Source: Eledone cirrhosa (Eukaryota). Taken from it: a stretch of DNA of 64,000 bases. Under the pieces are notes generated by a model. It did no database searches, was not told the origin of the DNA, and worked only from the letters and a program-made list of their open reading frames with translations. The translations under genes and the position numbers were made by a program. Shown piece after piece: positions 28,101-39,521 of this stretch (position 1 is its first letter; each line of letters begins with the position of its first letter). Location: assembly GCA_964016885.1 (NCBI GenBank), contig OZ024741.1, positions 148,118,001-148,182,000 on the forward strand. The letters are read 5' to 3'.

Positions 28101-31100
28101 ACCAAGATATCGTGGAACAATTTCTGCATAGTATTCCTACAAAAAAAATAAATAAATAAATTAAAAAAAAAAAAAATAAATAAAAAAAATAAAAAATAAA
28201 TAAATAAACAATAACTATCAGAGATAGTTCTAATTTAAGGAGAGACAGGATTTTAATCTTTTCATTATTGTATCTCTAGTAAAATACTGTATTTCAATTA
28301 ATAAAGAATTTGGAAGGATTTCCTAAAATTATTCATTTTTTCCATTACTTAGATAGTATTTATAACAAATGTTTTTCTATATAACTATGTTGGAAGATTT
28401 TAATTTAAATAGGAACTCTTTAAAATGGGTGGTTTTGTTTCATAGAACCAAGGCCAGTTTGGGATGGGTTGGTTTCAAAAGGTTTTGTTTCACAGAACCA
28501 GAGCCAGTTTTCGCTAGGTTGGTTTCAAAAGTGTTAAGAGAAATATGGTATTTTTCTTAGATTTCTTTTTTCCATTTTTTACAATTTTCAGATGTTCAAA
28601 ATTATTTTAGGAAAAGGAACAAGAGAGATATCCATGACATTATTATTGCAGTTCCACCCAATCTATTAAGGTTAATGAGGTTGGTGTTTAGATTTAACTT
28701 TTGCAGTTGTTGTCCATAGAAAGAACATAGCTAGAGAGAATTACTGAAGTTTGCAGTTTGGGAAAGAAAAGATTGGGTGGGGAGAAAAAGGAGGTTTGGT
28801 GTAAGGTTTTCATTAAGGAAGGGGTATAATAAGGATGATGAAAGAAATAGAATTCGGTGTATCTGAGCTTGGGCTGGAGTGGAACTCCCAGTTTTATAGT
28901 TCAGAAGAGCAGGAGCTGTTGTAATAGTGGTAGAAGAGTGAGAGAAATGAAACATTACGTGGACAACTTGTAATATATTAATGAATGAATGTTTGCCGAA
29001 CAGCCAAATGCTGTTTAGAATAGCAAGTGCATGTGTATAACAAGTGCACTGTATCATATGTCAGCAGTATTTTGGCACGAGCCATATTTGGGCCTCAACC
29101 CTCGTCATCACCATCATTTTATGTCAGTTTTTCTATGCAGGCATGGGTTGGATGCGTCATTACCGACCAAGTCAATATTTAATCAGCCTTACTGTCCTCC
29201 TCGATGGGTTGGAGTACCCTGACTCACTCAATATATTACATTTTTAGTATGGTTTCTACAGCTGGATGTCCTTAATACCAACCCTTTTACTGAATGTAAT
29301 GGGTCATTTTATTAGAGAGGTTACTATGTCATTGATGTGACCAAAGAGGCCTCTACCTTTTAGTGTAGTATCTAAGGCTGGATGCTCTTCTTAACACAAA
29401 CCATTTTACAGAGCATACATTATCAGCGCATCAGCATTAGTGATTGTCATGCCCTTGACATGATTGAGAGTTCTCTCTCTACATTTATGTTGTAATCATA
29501 AATGTAGCAAAAACTCTCAATACCAAGCCCCTTACAGAGTTTGTGCTGAGTAGATTTTATAGTGACACCAACACTAGAGAGGTCAACTTGTTACAAAACA
29601 AATGAAACAATTGGTCTTACCGTGCAGCAATATCTGACACATCCATGAACTTCAACAAGCCTATCAATTGCTCCATGATGAATTCACATTCCAGATGGTC
29701 TTCAGCTGTTTTTGTTTCAGATTTAATACATTGTTCAAGATTGTAGCTGAAATGAAGTTATAAAACAAAAAGTTTTAAATAATTTATGTACACTATACAT
29801 AAGTACATGACTTAGTGGTTAGGGTATCAAACTCACAATGGTAAAGTTGTTGCTTTGATTCTCAGAAATGGCTGGATAGTGTTGTGTCATTGAGAAGTAA
29901 AAAACATTTCATTTCACATTATTCAAGCTCCATCAGCTAAATAACATTAGTACTAGCAGTAACTGGTGGTTAACCTTGCAACAAACTAGTGTCCCTTCCA
30001 GAGAACAATCGTGTACTCTCAATCATTGAACACTTATGAAACTAGAGTAAGCTCAGACCTGGAAATCCTCTGGTTTTAGGACAAGCTTTACACATACTGT
30101 GCATTCCAGTTTTAAGAATAGGTACACTGTATCCCTGCATGTTGTAAGAGGCAACTAAAAGACTGATGCCAGGAAGGATATCTGACTGTAAAACACTGCC
30201 TCAAAACATTCCATACAACCCATGCTAGCATAGAAAAGTGGACATAAAAACTATGATCTCACTCACACACATACACATACATACACAAAACAAGAGAGGT
30301 TGTGATGTTAAGGTTTCAAATTTTACTACTTCTGCTGCTTCTACTATTTCCCCACTTCAGTACTGAGTTGGTCTATGTAAATCCATCCAACCCTTGCTAG
30401 CGGAGAAAGTAGACGTTAAAACGATGATGATAATGATGTGTGTATATGTGTGCAAGTATCCCAGTGTTTAGAATAAGTACAACACATCCCTGTGTGTAAT
30501 AAGTGGCTAAAAGTGTTGTTGTCAGGAAGAGTACCTGGTTGCAAAACATCCCATCCAACCCATGCCAGCATGGAAAAGTGAACAGAAAAACGATGGTATG
30601 TGTATACATGGGAGTGTATGCCAATGCCACAAACACTATATTAACACCATCTAACAAAGCTAAGTGATGACATATCCTGCAGTATAGCAGTTTGACAAAC
30701 GTCAGTGGTATATACTTAAAAATATGGTATGGGTTGGCATTGTAAAGGGCAATAGAAAAGAAACATGGATTAGAGATTAGGTTGTTGGATTCATGATCAT
30801 AACATCATGGGTTCAATTCCTAGGCAGGGTGGTATGTTGTGTTCATGAGCAAGACACTTCATTTTGTGTTTTTCATGATAGAACTAGAGGCCCTATCATT
30901 AAAGCACCAGAGAAGCCTTCTATGAGATGCAACCCCATAGGAAGCCAGCTAAACCTGCATAGGTGAACTGTAACATTTCATTTTTCATTTTATTTCATCC
31001 AACTGTAGCAAAACTGCCTCAAAAATCACATCCAACCTATGCCAGCGTGAAAAAAGCAGGAGGGGGATACACACAAGCAGCCACAAACACCACATGTACA

Positions 31101-34100
31101 CACATACACACACAAGCAGCTACAAATACCACACACACAAGCAGCTACAAACACCACACACACACGTTCACAAGCAGCCACAAACACCACACACATATGA
31201 AAATCAAATGATTAAATGTAAAAAGGCTCACCTCTTAACATAGTCACAAAATATAATGCTGTTTGGTAAGACTTTCTCCAAACTTGCTTCTCCATCAACA
31301 TCAAGTGAATGAAGGTACTGGCATAGAACCTTCCAGTAGACAACTTTCTCACAGTCCAGTTCTTCTTTATTTATCAATAACCTAAAAACAAAGTGATTAT
31401 CAGGAAGAAAATTAACACTTTAAATAACCATTTCTAAATTTAGGTGAAAGGCCAGCAATTTTCAAGGAAGAGAAAATCAATTAAATTTACGCCAGCACTT
31501 GACTGAAACTTTATTTTATTAACCCCAGAAGGATGAAAAGCAAAGTTGACTTCGGTGAGATTTGAACACAGAAGCATAAAGAACCAGAACAAATACCATA
31601 TAACATTTTGTCCAACGCTCTAACAATTCTGTCAATCCACTGCCCTATATGGAGTACCAATGGGCAGTGGAAAGAAGGTTTTATGAAAAACATCAGAAAA
31701 GCTTCTTTGTGGTATGTGTTCTGGTTCTGCTCTTTCCATTCTGAGTTCAAATCCTGCTACAGTTGTAGATTTGGTCCATCACCCTGTTCATCACCACCAC
31801 CTTCGACAATATTAAAGTCAATTCAGTTGCAAGCATTCAAGCCCCTGAACTCCTGATGGAATTATAAAGGCATCCTCTTAGGAGTCCATTCACTTCCAGG
31901 TCTGAACATAGCTTTCCGAAAGAAAGAGGGGGAGATGAAGAGAAAGTGAAAAAAAATCAATTTCAGTGCTTGACTGTAACGTTTTTGTTTTTGTTGTTTT
32001 TTTTACCCCATAAAAGAATGAAAGTTGATCGTGATTTGAACTCAGAACACAATCAGATCAAATAACAAAGCATTCTATCCAACATTCACTGCAACAGACT
32101 GACATTCTCTGCAAAAAAAGACAACCTTAAAGACCCAACAGCTTGAAAACTGGGATAAGCTTCAATGAGCTGTGATATCCTCCTGCAAAGATCACTAAAC
32201 AAACATAAAATGAAAGATTAACCCCTTTGATACTGAATCACTCCTAGCTCTACAATAAAAATTTATTTGTTTTATATTTAAAAACCTTCCAGCATAATTT
32301 TATATAAATCTTTATAGCTTCTTGGTTATTTTGAAAAGTATAAACAGTCTATCAAATTTGAAATGTAATGAACAAGTTAAATGTGAATGAAAAATCATGG
32401 ATTAAAAGTTTTTAAAATGACATACTCATCTGATAAGAAAGTGAAGTTTTTCACTAATTCTTCTGGGCTATATTGTTCAAAGAGAGACAAAAGGAGCTTC
32501 TCACACTGTTTAATACCAGTGATTACATCAAGGGAGTAAAGTAGTTCAAGGAAGCTACCATCACAGCTTCGGAGCCAAGTTTGAAACAATTTTCTTGTAC
32601 AGATCTTCTTCACAGTATCTGAAATAGTACAGAAACACTATATTGAGAAATGCTTTACAAGATTTCAATTGCTGAATTAACCCTTTGCATATTAAACCAC
32701 CCCTGATTCTATGATAAATAACAGTCTGTTTAAAGTGTTTATATTTATTTTAAAGAAGTAGAAATTGGCAGAGTCATCAGAACATCAGATAGAATGCTTT
32801 GCAGTATTCGTTCCAGCTCCCTCAGTTTAAATCCTGCTAAGATCAACTTTGCATTTCTTCCTTTCAAGTTCAATAAATAAAGTACCAGTCTAGTACTGGG
32901 GTTGATTCTTCCTCATCTCTCTCACTTCTTCCCTCTAGCAGCCTCTCTCTTTCTCTGGAAGAAATCATCTATTTTCAGACCTAGAGAGGAGATAGTTACA
33001 GCCAGGTTTAAATGCCCCTACAACTAAATCAACTGTTAAAGGTCTATGACAATGTTTTAAGAACAGATGCCCTTCCTAGCACCTCATAAGTTATGCGGAA
33101 TATGGTGTACCTATTCTAAACCAGATACACACAGCATCCTCACCATTAAATAGTTTGATGTTTATACTTGCCAGATTTGTCATTTAATCCGGTATCTATT
33201 AATTCCAGGCGCTGTGAGATAGATAATGCCTTGATGTTGACTTTCTCACTCAGTATAGTAAATGTGTGGCGTCGTACAGAATCACTTATATCTTTAGTTC
33301 TTCCCAGAAAAATTGGTAAGGTTCTGCTTAACAGTGCAATAGAGCAGACTACAGCACGTCTGACACTAAAATGACTATCCTTCTCCAAATGAAACAGGAA
33401 CGCTGAAACCAAAAGAAAATCAATTAACAAGAATTTATAAACATTTCATAATCATCATCATGTAGTGTCTGTTTTCTTGCTAGCATGCGTTGGATAGGTT
33501 GTCACAGACCAAGTCAGTAATAGTGGGGGTTGGATAGGAGATCCCAGACAGGTCAATACTCAAGCAAAGCTACTGACCTCTCAAATGAGTCATATCATCC
33601 TTTTTTATCCATTTCCCAGTTAGCAAGGGTTGGATGGGTTGTCAAAGACTGAGTCAGAACTCAATGAGAGCTACTGATAAGCCATATAGCAAACAATATA
33701 CCTACTATTACCATCAGTATTACCAAAGACATAGCAATTTTATTTTTAAATGATTTTTGTTTGTTTTTTAAGTGGATGATGAGAATAAATGCAGTGATAA
33801 ATGTTGTGAAGAGAAATGTAATGGTATGGTTGGTCATGTGTTGAGGAAAGATGAATGTGACTGAGTGAGGAGAATAGAGTCAGTGATGAAAGTTATGAAG
33901 AGAAATAGCATGGGATTGTTGGATCATATGTTGAGGAAAGATGAAAGGGACTAGGTGATGGAAATAGTCGATAATGAATTTTGTAAATAGAAATGGAATG
34001 AGATGGTTGGGTTCTGTATTGAGGAAGGATAAGACAACTGTCCAATCCATGCCAGCATGGAAGATAGAACAAAACAATAATAATGTGTTAGACAGATTGA

Positions 34101-36860
34101 AGCAAGCAGAGATATGTATCTGGATCCTTAAAAAATTGAGAGAATCCAAAATACCAACAGCTATGGACAACAATAATTCAACATGTCTTACCATCAATAA
34201 TGGGACAGTTTTCATTTTCTGGGTTTTGTAAGCAAGCCAGAGCATATATAGCTTGTTCTCTAATAACAGGTACAGAATCTTTTGTCCGTTGCAGCATTAT
34301 ATTTGTTATATTTCGACAGAGCACATCATCAAGCATTACATCACCCAAACCATTCAATAGTTTATTGGTTAACTGACAACAACGATAGCGAACAGCTCGG
34401 GATGAACAATTGTAGCTCTGTAATGTAAAGAAGACACTGTTTAACCTTTCCCATACCAAAACATCTAAAACCATATGACACAAAACTATCTAGTTTAAAG
34501 TGTTTATCTAAAAAAAAAAAAACAGTCTATCATAATTTCATGTAAAAAAATTTTTTTTAAATTATGTCCTAAACAACTTAATCATGAGAATTTCCGCCAA
34601 ATACTTGATTATATTCGAAGTTATTTAAAAATTATAGGCAGTATCTTTCACTATAAACATGGTACTGAAAAGGTTAAGTTATGTTCTAAACACCAGCTTA
34701 ATAATGAGAAAGTTATTTTACTAAATCCCTCCAAATTCCTGGTTATTTTCAAAAGCATTTAAAAATTATAGAAAGTGTTTTTCATAAGAAATAGGGTAAC
34801 GAAAGGGTTAAAATGTTTCTTACATCAGAAATAAAAGCAAAAACTTTCTCCAAAATGGATGATTCAATCACATCTGACTGTGAATCATTCTCTGATTCTG
34901 TATCCTCTATTTGTCGATACATTGATATAATAAAATTGCACCCAAAGTTGACAACACGTTCCACTGCTGGTTCCCGTTCAAATTTCACCATAAAGACTTT
35001 CATCATAGACTTGAAATCAACCCAAAATCTTTCAAAGGGTTTCTGAAAAAAAAAGTGTGTTTTTATATAATAAAATAGTGTCTTATTTATTTTAAAAAGT
35101 ACTACAGCATTACAAATAGGACATTAAATGTTAAAATAATGATAAAGTTGTTGACCAATTACCTTAGAGGTGTTTAATTAGTAATTTCTTCAACCCAGGA
35201 AATGTAATACTCTGTAATTATCAAAGACAATTAGAATAGTTTGATATTCTTCAATAACTTGCTTCTGATCTTTCTTGTTCAGGGCCTGGTACCACCATCA
35301 TCACTATAACCAACATCATTTTATAGGCATCTGCCATGCTTACATTGGCGGATAAGATAGAACCAAAACCAGGATACCCCTACTGTCTGCATATGCCTTT
35401 ACTTATAAAACTACTAAAACGGCAATAACTAAGGGAACGCCATAGATAATATACATACTCTGTAAAGTCGGTGGAGTTAGGAAGTGCCTCCAGTCATAGA
35501 AAACTTGCCAAACAGAGATGAAAGAACTCTTCAATTGTGTCAAGGGCCGCCAGTATACTTGGTAAAGTGCAAAAACATGTCAGCAAAATTGGAGTCCCTG
35601 ACCCGTTTGTGAAAACATTGGCTCTGACTGAGGACTGACTAGGTTTGTGATAACCTGTCCAACTCATGCCAGCATGGGAAAACAGACATTAGATGATGAA
35701 TTCACTTTGCAATCATTAGATCGACCCTAATGTGTGGTATCTTGAGCAAGTTTCATTTACCATAGCCTCATGTTGACCCATGCCTTGTGAGTGAAGGTTG
35801 AGTACAAGGAAACTGTAAGCCTGTTGGATAGACTGTACCTGTAATTCAAATGGTCTACCTTGTTACACACTGTATCACACTGAATCTCCCTGAGTATTAT
35901 GTTAAGAGTACATGTATCTGTAGAATGCTCAGCCACTTACACCTTAATTTCATGAGCAGGTTGAACTGTTGGAACCAAAGGAAGTCCATCATCATCCAAC
36001 TGTAAAAATCATATACATCAAGCAAAACATGATCTACCTCAACCTGTCTGGAAGAACAGTAGCACCAATAAAATAATGACTTGGTCTGTGACAGCCCATT
36101 TAACCCATGCTGACATGGAAGACGTTAAGTGCAAAGAACAATGTATTTATCATTATTATCACTGTTTTGTCTGTTTTTCATGCTGGCTTGTGTTGGATTG
36201 ATTGTCACATACTAAAACTAGACAGGACAGATGACCACACCTTGCTCATATGTTTAACATGGTTTTTATAGCTCAATGCTCTTTCTAACACCAACCACTT
36301 TACAGCATGTACTAGATGTATTTTATTATGACAACGTAAGTACCACTTTACAGAGTATAGTGGGTTCATTTTATCATGACAACAGCACTATCACTTTACA
36401 AAGTGCATTTTACCATGGCACCAAGACACACAGGCACATATTTGAGTGAACTGGAACATGAAATGAAGCGACTTGCTCAAGGACACAATGTGCCACCAGG
36501 TCTGGGAATGAAAACCACTGCAGTATGATTATGAGCCTAACTACTAGATCATATGCCTTCACTAAAAGAAAAAAATCTCCAAACATTCCTAATGCCATGT
36601 GTATCCCTATGGGTTGTAAGAGGCAACTAATAAGGTTGGTATGTTGGTATCAGGAAGGGCATCTGGCTGTAAAACCAGTCAAAACCCAAGCCAGTATGGA
36701 AAAGTAGACATAATGATTCATACATATTTAATAAGACAAAGAAGAAATGAATGAAACCAATTTATTAACTGCTTACTTTCTCATAAATCTTCTGCATTTC
36801 CTTGATAAGCCGTGAATGTGAATGGGAGTTCAGTTGACTCTGATGAAAAATCGATTCCAT
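19034..36860 (-). CDS. NCAPG: Condensin complex subunit 3 (CAP-G), 5' part. 11 coding exons: 36860-36777, 35042-34824, 34417-34192, 33402-33172, 32618-32426, 31381-31232, 29746-29621, 28136-27926, 26206-26030, 23905-23798, 19153-19034. 3' exons lie beyond position 1.
   Basis: Exons join in consistent phase to 1845 nt (615 codons) with AG acceptors and GT donors (one GC). Peptides match CAP-G HEAT-repeat segments: REPAVERVV, AVRYRCCQL, RTKDSVPVIREQAIYALACLQNP, VRRAVV, RTKDISDSVRR, GLNDKSDTVKK, NDPDTLLKCL, ILPSIPNECDEVRNLGLKCLGLCC. Confidence 0.93.
19850..20070 (+). mobile_element. Abundant ~220-bp tRNA-related SINE (Meta-core-like GCCTTTCATCCTT.CGGGGTCGATAAAATAAAGTACC). Other copies or fragments near 19240(-), 22170(-), 26315(+), 26940(-), 31420(-), 32760(+), 39005(+), 58025(+), 60590(+).
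   Basis: B box GAGTTCAAATCC plus a conserved core seen in many dispersed copies. Confidence 0.8.
20770..21114 (-). mobile_element. tRNA-derived SINE with CORE-like centre and RTE-derived 3' tail
   Basis: A box TGGCTTAGTGG, B box GTTCAATTC, CCTTGAGCAAGACACTT core, tail shared with RTE 3'UTR at ~25083-25225, (ATG)n-like end. Confidence 0.85.
21149..21560. mobile_element. Probable solo LTR (412 bp) with an internal 51-bp tandem duplication
   Basis: TGTAGC...TATACA with TATA on both sides; repeat units start at 21180 and 21231. Confidence 0.5.
21638..21979 (+). mobile_element. Same SINE family, inverted relative to 20770-21114
   Basis: Near-identical reverse complement of the upstream copy. 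Confidence 0.85.
22281..23727 (+). mobile_element. Internally deleted piggyBac transposon
   Basis: TTAA|CCCTTTAGCATTCA ... TGAATGCTAAAGAG|TTAC termini; contains the 22510-23355 ORF. Confidence 0.88.
22510..23355 (+). pseudogene. piggyBac (PGBD4-like) transposase N-terminal half; catalytic DDD core deleted
   Basis: Acidic N-terminus, TNRYAQQ, MKAFF..NI.FGI, NYWSTD, M..TRF..L.QYLHL, LYKVRPLI; similarity stops before the first catalytic Asp. Confidence 0.82.
23798..23905 (-). CDS. NCAPG: NCAPG exon (NDPDTLLKCLTIICETLMLKKVVVDESTIELLKDSL); absent from the ORF track
   Basis: 108 nt, ttttgtag...gttagt. Confidence 0.88.
24085..25340 (+). mobile_element. Degenerate 5'-truncated RTE LINE (RT end, PHD insert, C-terminus, 3'UTR, (GAT)n tail)
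   Basis: YADDL, LHGSETW, LHWYGHVMRM, GRPKKTW; frameshifts and stops. Confidence 0.9.
25741..25948. mobile_element. 208-bp piggyBac MITE
   Basis: TTAA|CCCTTTAGCATTTA...TAAATGCTAAAGGG|TTAA; TIR shared with the 22281 element. Confidence 0.88.
26030..26206 (-). CDS. NCAPG: NCAPG exon (IASLRIQVHELRDELD...NEDFVSAA...TEVK)
   Basis: 177 nt, phase 0/0, atag...gttagt. Confidence 0.88.
26754..27623 (+). mobile_element. Non-autonomous hAT (Charlie/Buster-type) element with a BED-finger remnant and a nested SINE
   Basis: TIRs CAGGATTTCCCAAC / GTTGGGAAACACTG; 8-bp TSD CTCTAAAG on both sides; RKWNDDY..FGF, PQCMLC and LKPSKLQEHF remnants. Confidence 0.88.
27926..28136 (-). CDS. NCAPG: NCAPG exon (NTMQKLFHDILV...IHEIHEPL...IDLK)
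   Basis: 211 nt, long T tract plus gtag acceptor, gtaaga donor. Confidence 0.88.
29621..29746 (-). CDS. NCAPG: NCAPG exon (YNLEQCIK...EFIMEQLIGLLKFMDVSDIAAR)
   Basis: 126 nt, ttcag...gtaaga; phases fit both neighbours. Confidence 0.88.
31068..31196. repeat. CA-rich minisatellite (CACAAGCAGCYACAAAYACCACA, 4 units)
   Basis: Read directly. Confidence 0.75.
31232..31381 (-). CDS. NCAPG: NCAPG exon (LLINKEELDCEKVVYWKVLCQYL...CDYVK); absent from the ORF track
   Basis: 150 nt, tttttag...gtgagc; YW..LC.YL and EKVLP motifs. Confidence 0.88.
32426..32618 (-). CDS. NCAPG: NCAPG exon (DTVKKICTRKLFQTWL...FLSDE)
   Basis: 193 nt, tttcag...gtatgt. Confidence 0.9.
33172..33402 (-). CDS. NCAPG: NCAPG exon (AFLFHLEKDSHFSVRRAV...GLNDKS) ending at a GC donor
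   Basis: 231 nt; only TCTG|gcaagt keeps phase with the next exon. Confidence 0.88.
34192..34417 (-). CDS. NCAPG: NCAPG exon (SYNCSSRAVRYRCCQL...NCPIID)
   Basis: 226 nt, ttacag...gtaaga. Confidence 0.92.
34445..34807. mobile_element. Two tandem TTAA-MITE pieces filling most of an NCAPG intron
   Basis: TTAA|CCTTT...AAAGG|TTAA and ...GAAAGGG|TTAA; same family as 54828 and 61486. Confidence 0.65.
34824..35042 (-). CDS. NCAPG: NCAPG exon (KPFERFWVDF...FAFISD)
   Basis: 219 nt, phase 0/0, ag...gtaaga; EREPAVERVV motif. Confidence 0.9.
36777..36860 (-). CDS. NCAPG: NCAPG first coding exon (MESIFHQSQLNSHSHSRLIKEMQKIYEK); an acceptor 18 nt upstream (exon starts 36878) implies an upstream exon
   Basis: tttcag acceptor, ATG at 36860, donor gtaagc; resembles the CAP-G N-terminus. 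Confidence 0.8.
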
Positions 36861-37708
36861 TTTATCTTGCCTTTCTCTCTGAAAATAGAAATTAAATTTT
36901 CACAGTAAGGCTTCCAAATTCATTAATTCAAATACAGTATATTACTTTAGAAATACAATTATTGTTACATATAAAAATGAGAAAACTCATTACTAGAACA
37001 GTCGTTAAAACAGCTAAATGCTGTCAAAGAGTGATGGGCAAAAATGCCTTAGAGGACAGAGACCAACAGCCAGTGGTCAAAAGACAAAATCCACAAGGTA
37101 GGTGGCAGTAACACAAACACTACAATCCTGCAAAACCGTTCTAAATTTTTCATTTAGAATTCATGAAACACAAATGTAGACAAAAAAAATATAAGAATTG
37201 GTAGCAAATGTTAATAACTGGTTTCATTCATCCAGCAATCTCTGCCAATATTATGTTGCCTCTAACTCTATGAGTGTGCATGTGTATGTATATCAACGTT
37301 GTTTTACATTTTTTTTTTCATGTTGATATGGATCAGACAGGTTGTCTCGGTCTGAGACTGGACAACAGCCAAAGAACCACATCTTGCTCATATTTCCATT
37401 TTCTGATATGGTTTCTACAACTGAATGTCATTCCTAACACCAACCACTTTGAAGAGTGGAGTGAGCACATTTTATCATGGCACCAGTATTTTCACTTTGC
37501 AGAGTGTAGCAGGTGCATTTTATCATGTACCAAATATATATTATTGTGGCATCAACAACAAAACTTTAAAAAGTTTTAGTGTTGATGACACTATGAATTT
37601 TTGAAAATATTTAAATCTAACATTTCCTGTACTTTTTCATGGAGAGCATCCAAGAAGAAACATTTTGATACCTCATTTGTGAAATTTGGATGAATAGTTT
37701 AGGAAATA

Positions 37709-38666
37709 CTAGCAGAATGGCCTGGCATTGCTTGGGATTTGCTCTAGGGTTCTTATATATTTAATATATATTTATCCTTATCGAGCCTCGTGAAATAAAT
37801 ACGTTTGTTTATATTTTGTTATTGTGTATGCAAAAATATCTGTACATGAATATATATATATATATATTAAAATAACATATTAAAGTTTTAGCAAAGAATC
37901 GCTGCTTTCACCCTTAACGGGATCTTCTGAAACTAAAAAAAATCAATCTGTGAACGCAGAAAATGAATCGCTGCTTTCACCCTTAACGGGATCTACCTAA
38001 AAGCAGTATGAAGTACACTAAGACTAACTGATGTAATCGTTGGCCTTTCGTGTTTATATTTTGTTTTTGTGTATGCAAAAATATCTGTCAGTGATGCATG
38101 TGATTATGTAATCGCCAGCCTTGTTTGTTTATATTTTGTTTTTGTGTATGCAAAAATATCTGTACACAAATACCTATATTAAAATAACATATTAAAGTTT
38201 AAGCAAAGAATCGCTGCTTTCACCCTTAACTGGATCTTCTGAAACTAAAATAAAAAAAAAAAATCAATCTGTGAACGCAGATGTAAATATTTCGAAAAAC
38301 ATTGAACCAAAGGAAAACAGGAAGACGAAACTTTGGTTCGTGAAGACGTTCCCTGGCATAAGAATATATATATATACACACGCAGATCGCGTCATAATGA
38401 CGTAATGCAGAGAGTCAGGCATACAGACAGATATTATAAGGGCGCAGTCATATCTATGTATCTATCTAAAAAGAGAAAGACTAAGAGAGAGAGAAAGAGA
38501 TCGCTAAATCGCCTAATTGAAAATCTGAAATTTTTTTGGCTCAGAACACTCAATAGGACCATAAGTATTACATGTGTAAAGTTTGAAAACAATCGGTTGG
38601 GTGGTTCTCGAGTTTTAGTGATTGTACAGACAGACAAACAGACATTCTTTGTTTTAGTAATATAGA
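37709..38666 (-). mobile_element. Complete non-autonomous Helitron with internal duplications
   Basis: A|TCTATATT 5' end, GC hairpin then CTAG|T 3' end; head homologous to the 43122 element. Confidence 0.8.
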
Positions 38667-39315
38667 TGACAATTTTAATTGTCAGTGAATTGGTTGAAAT
38701 CTTGTTTTGCTGAATTAGGCCAAAACGAATAATCTCCTTATAATATATAACCAGCAATTTCTGTCTGTCTGTCCGACAGTGGAAACACGTGCGCGCGTGG
38801 TTGCTATCTCTCTCTCTCTCCAGCTATCCCTCTCTTTTAGTCTGTTTGTTTCTCTCACTCTCACTCTTTCTCTTTGTAACACACTAACATTCCTCCCCTC
38901 TATCGCTGTGACGAATGAGGAGATGGAGGAGGAGAGAGTCACGTTGTCACTTCACCTCTGCCTTTCTTTCTCTCCCCTCTCACTCCCTCATTACGTACAG
39001 ACATTAGGGCGGTGGATTGGCAGAATCTGTAGAGTCGGACACCATGCTTCATAGCATCGAGTTACGTCCCTTTACGGTCTGAGTTCAAATACCGCCGAGG
39101 TTAACTTTGCCTTTCATCCTCACGGGGTCAATAAAATAAAGTACCAGTAATGTACTGGGTAATTCCTGGCCTTGTGCCAAAAGTAGAAACAATTATTAGA
39201 AACATTGCTTCATTTTTACATATCTAAGCATTAGTAAAATAACTAATAATTTCAAAAGTAATTTTTCAATTCCAATTGTTATGAACAGCAAAACATTAAT
39301 AATAATTTTGTTCTA

Positions 39316-39342
39316 AGAAATATATATACATTTCTGTGTGTG

Positions 39343-39421
<79 letters not shown>

Positions 39422-39443
39422 TATATATACATTTCTGTGTGTA

Positions 39444-39482
<39 letters not shown>

Positions 39483-39521
39483 GAAATATATATACATTTC
39501 TGTGTGTAATATATATATATA
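39316..39521. repeat. Compound (TA)n(CA)n-GAAATATATATACATTTCTGTG minisatellite
   Basis: Three units; a similar unit resumes at ~42356. Confidence 0.85.
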
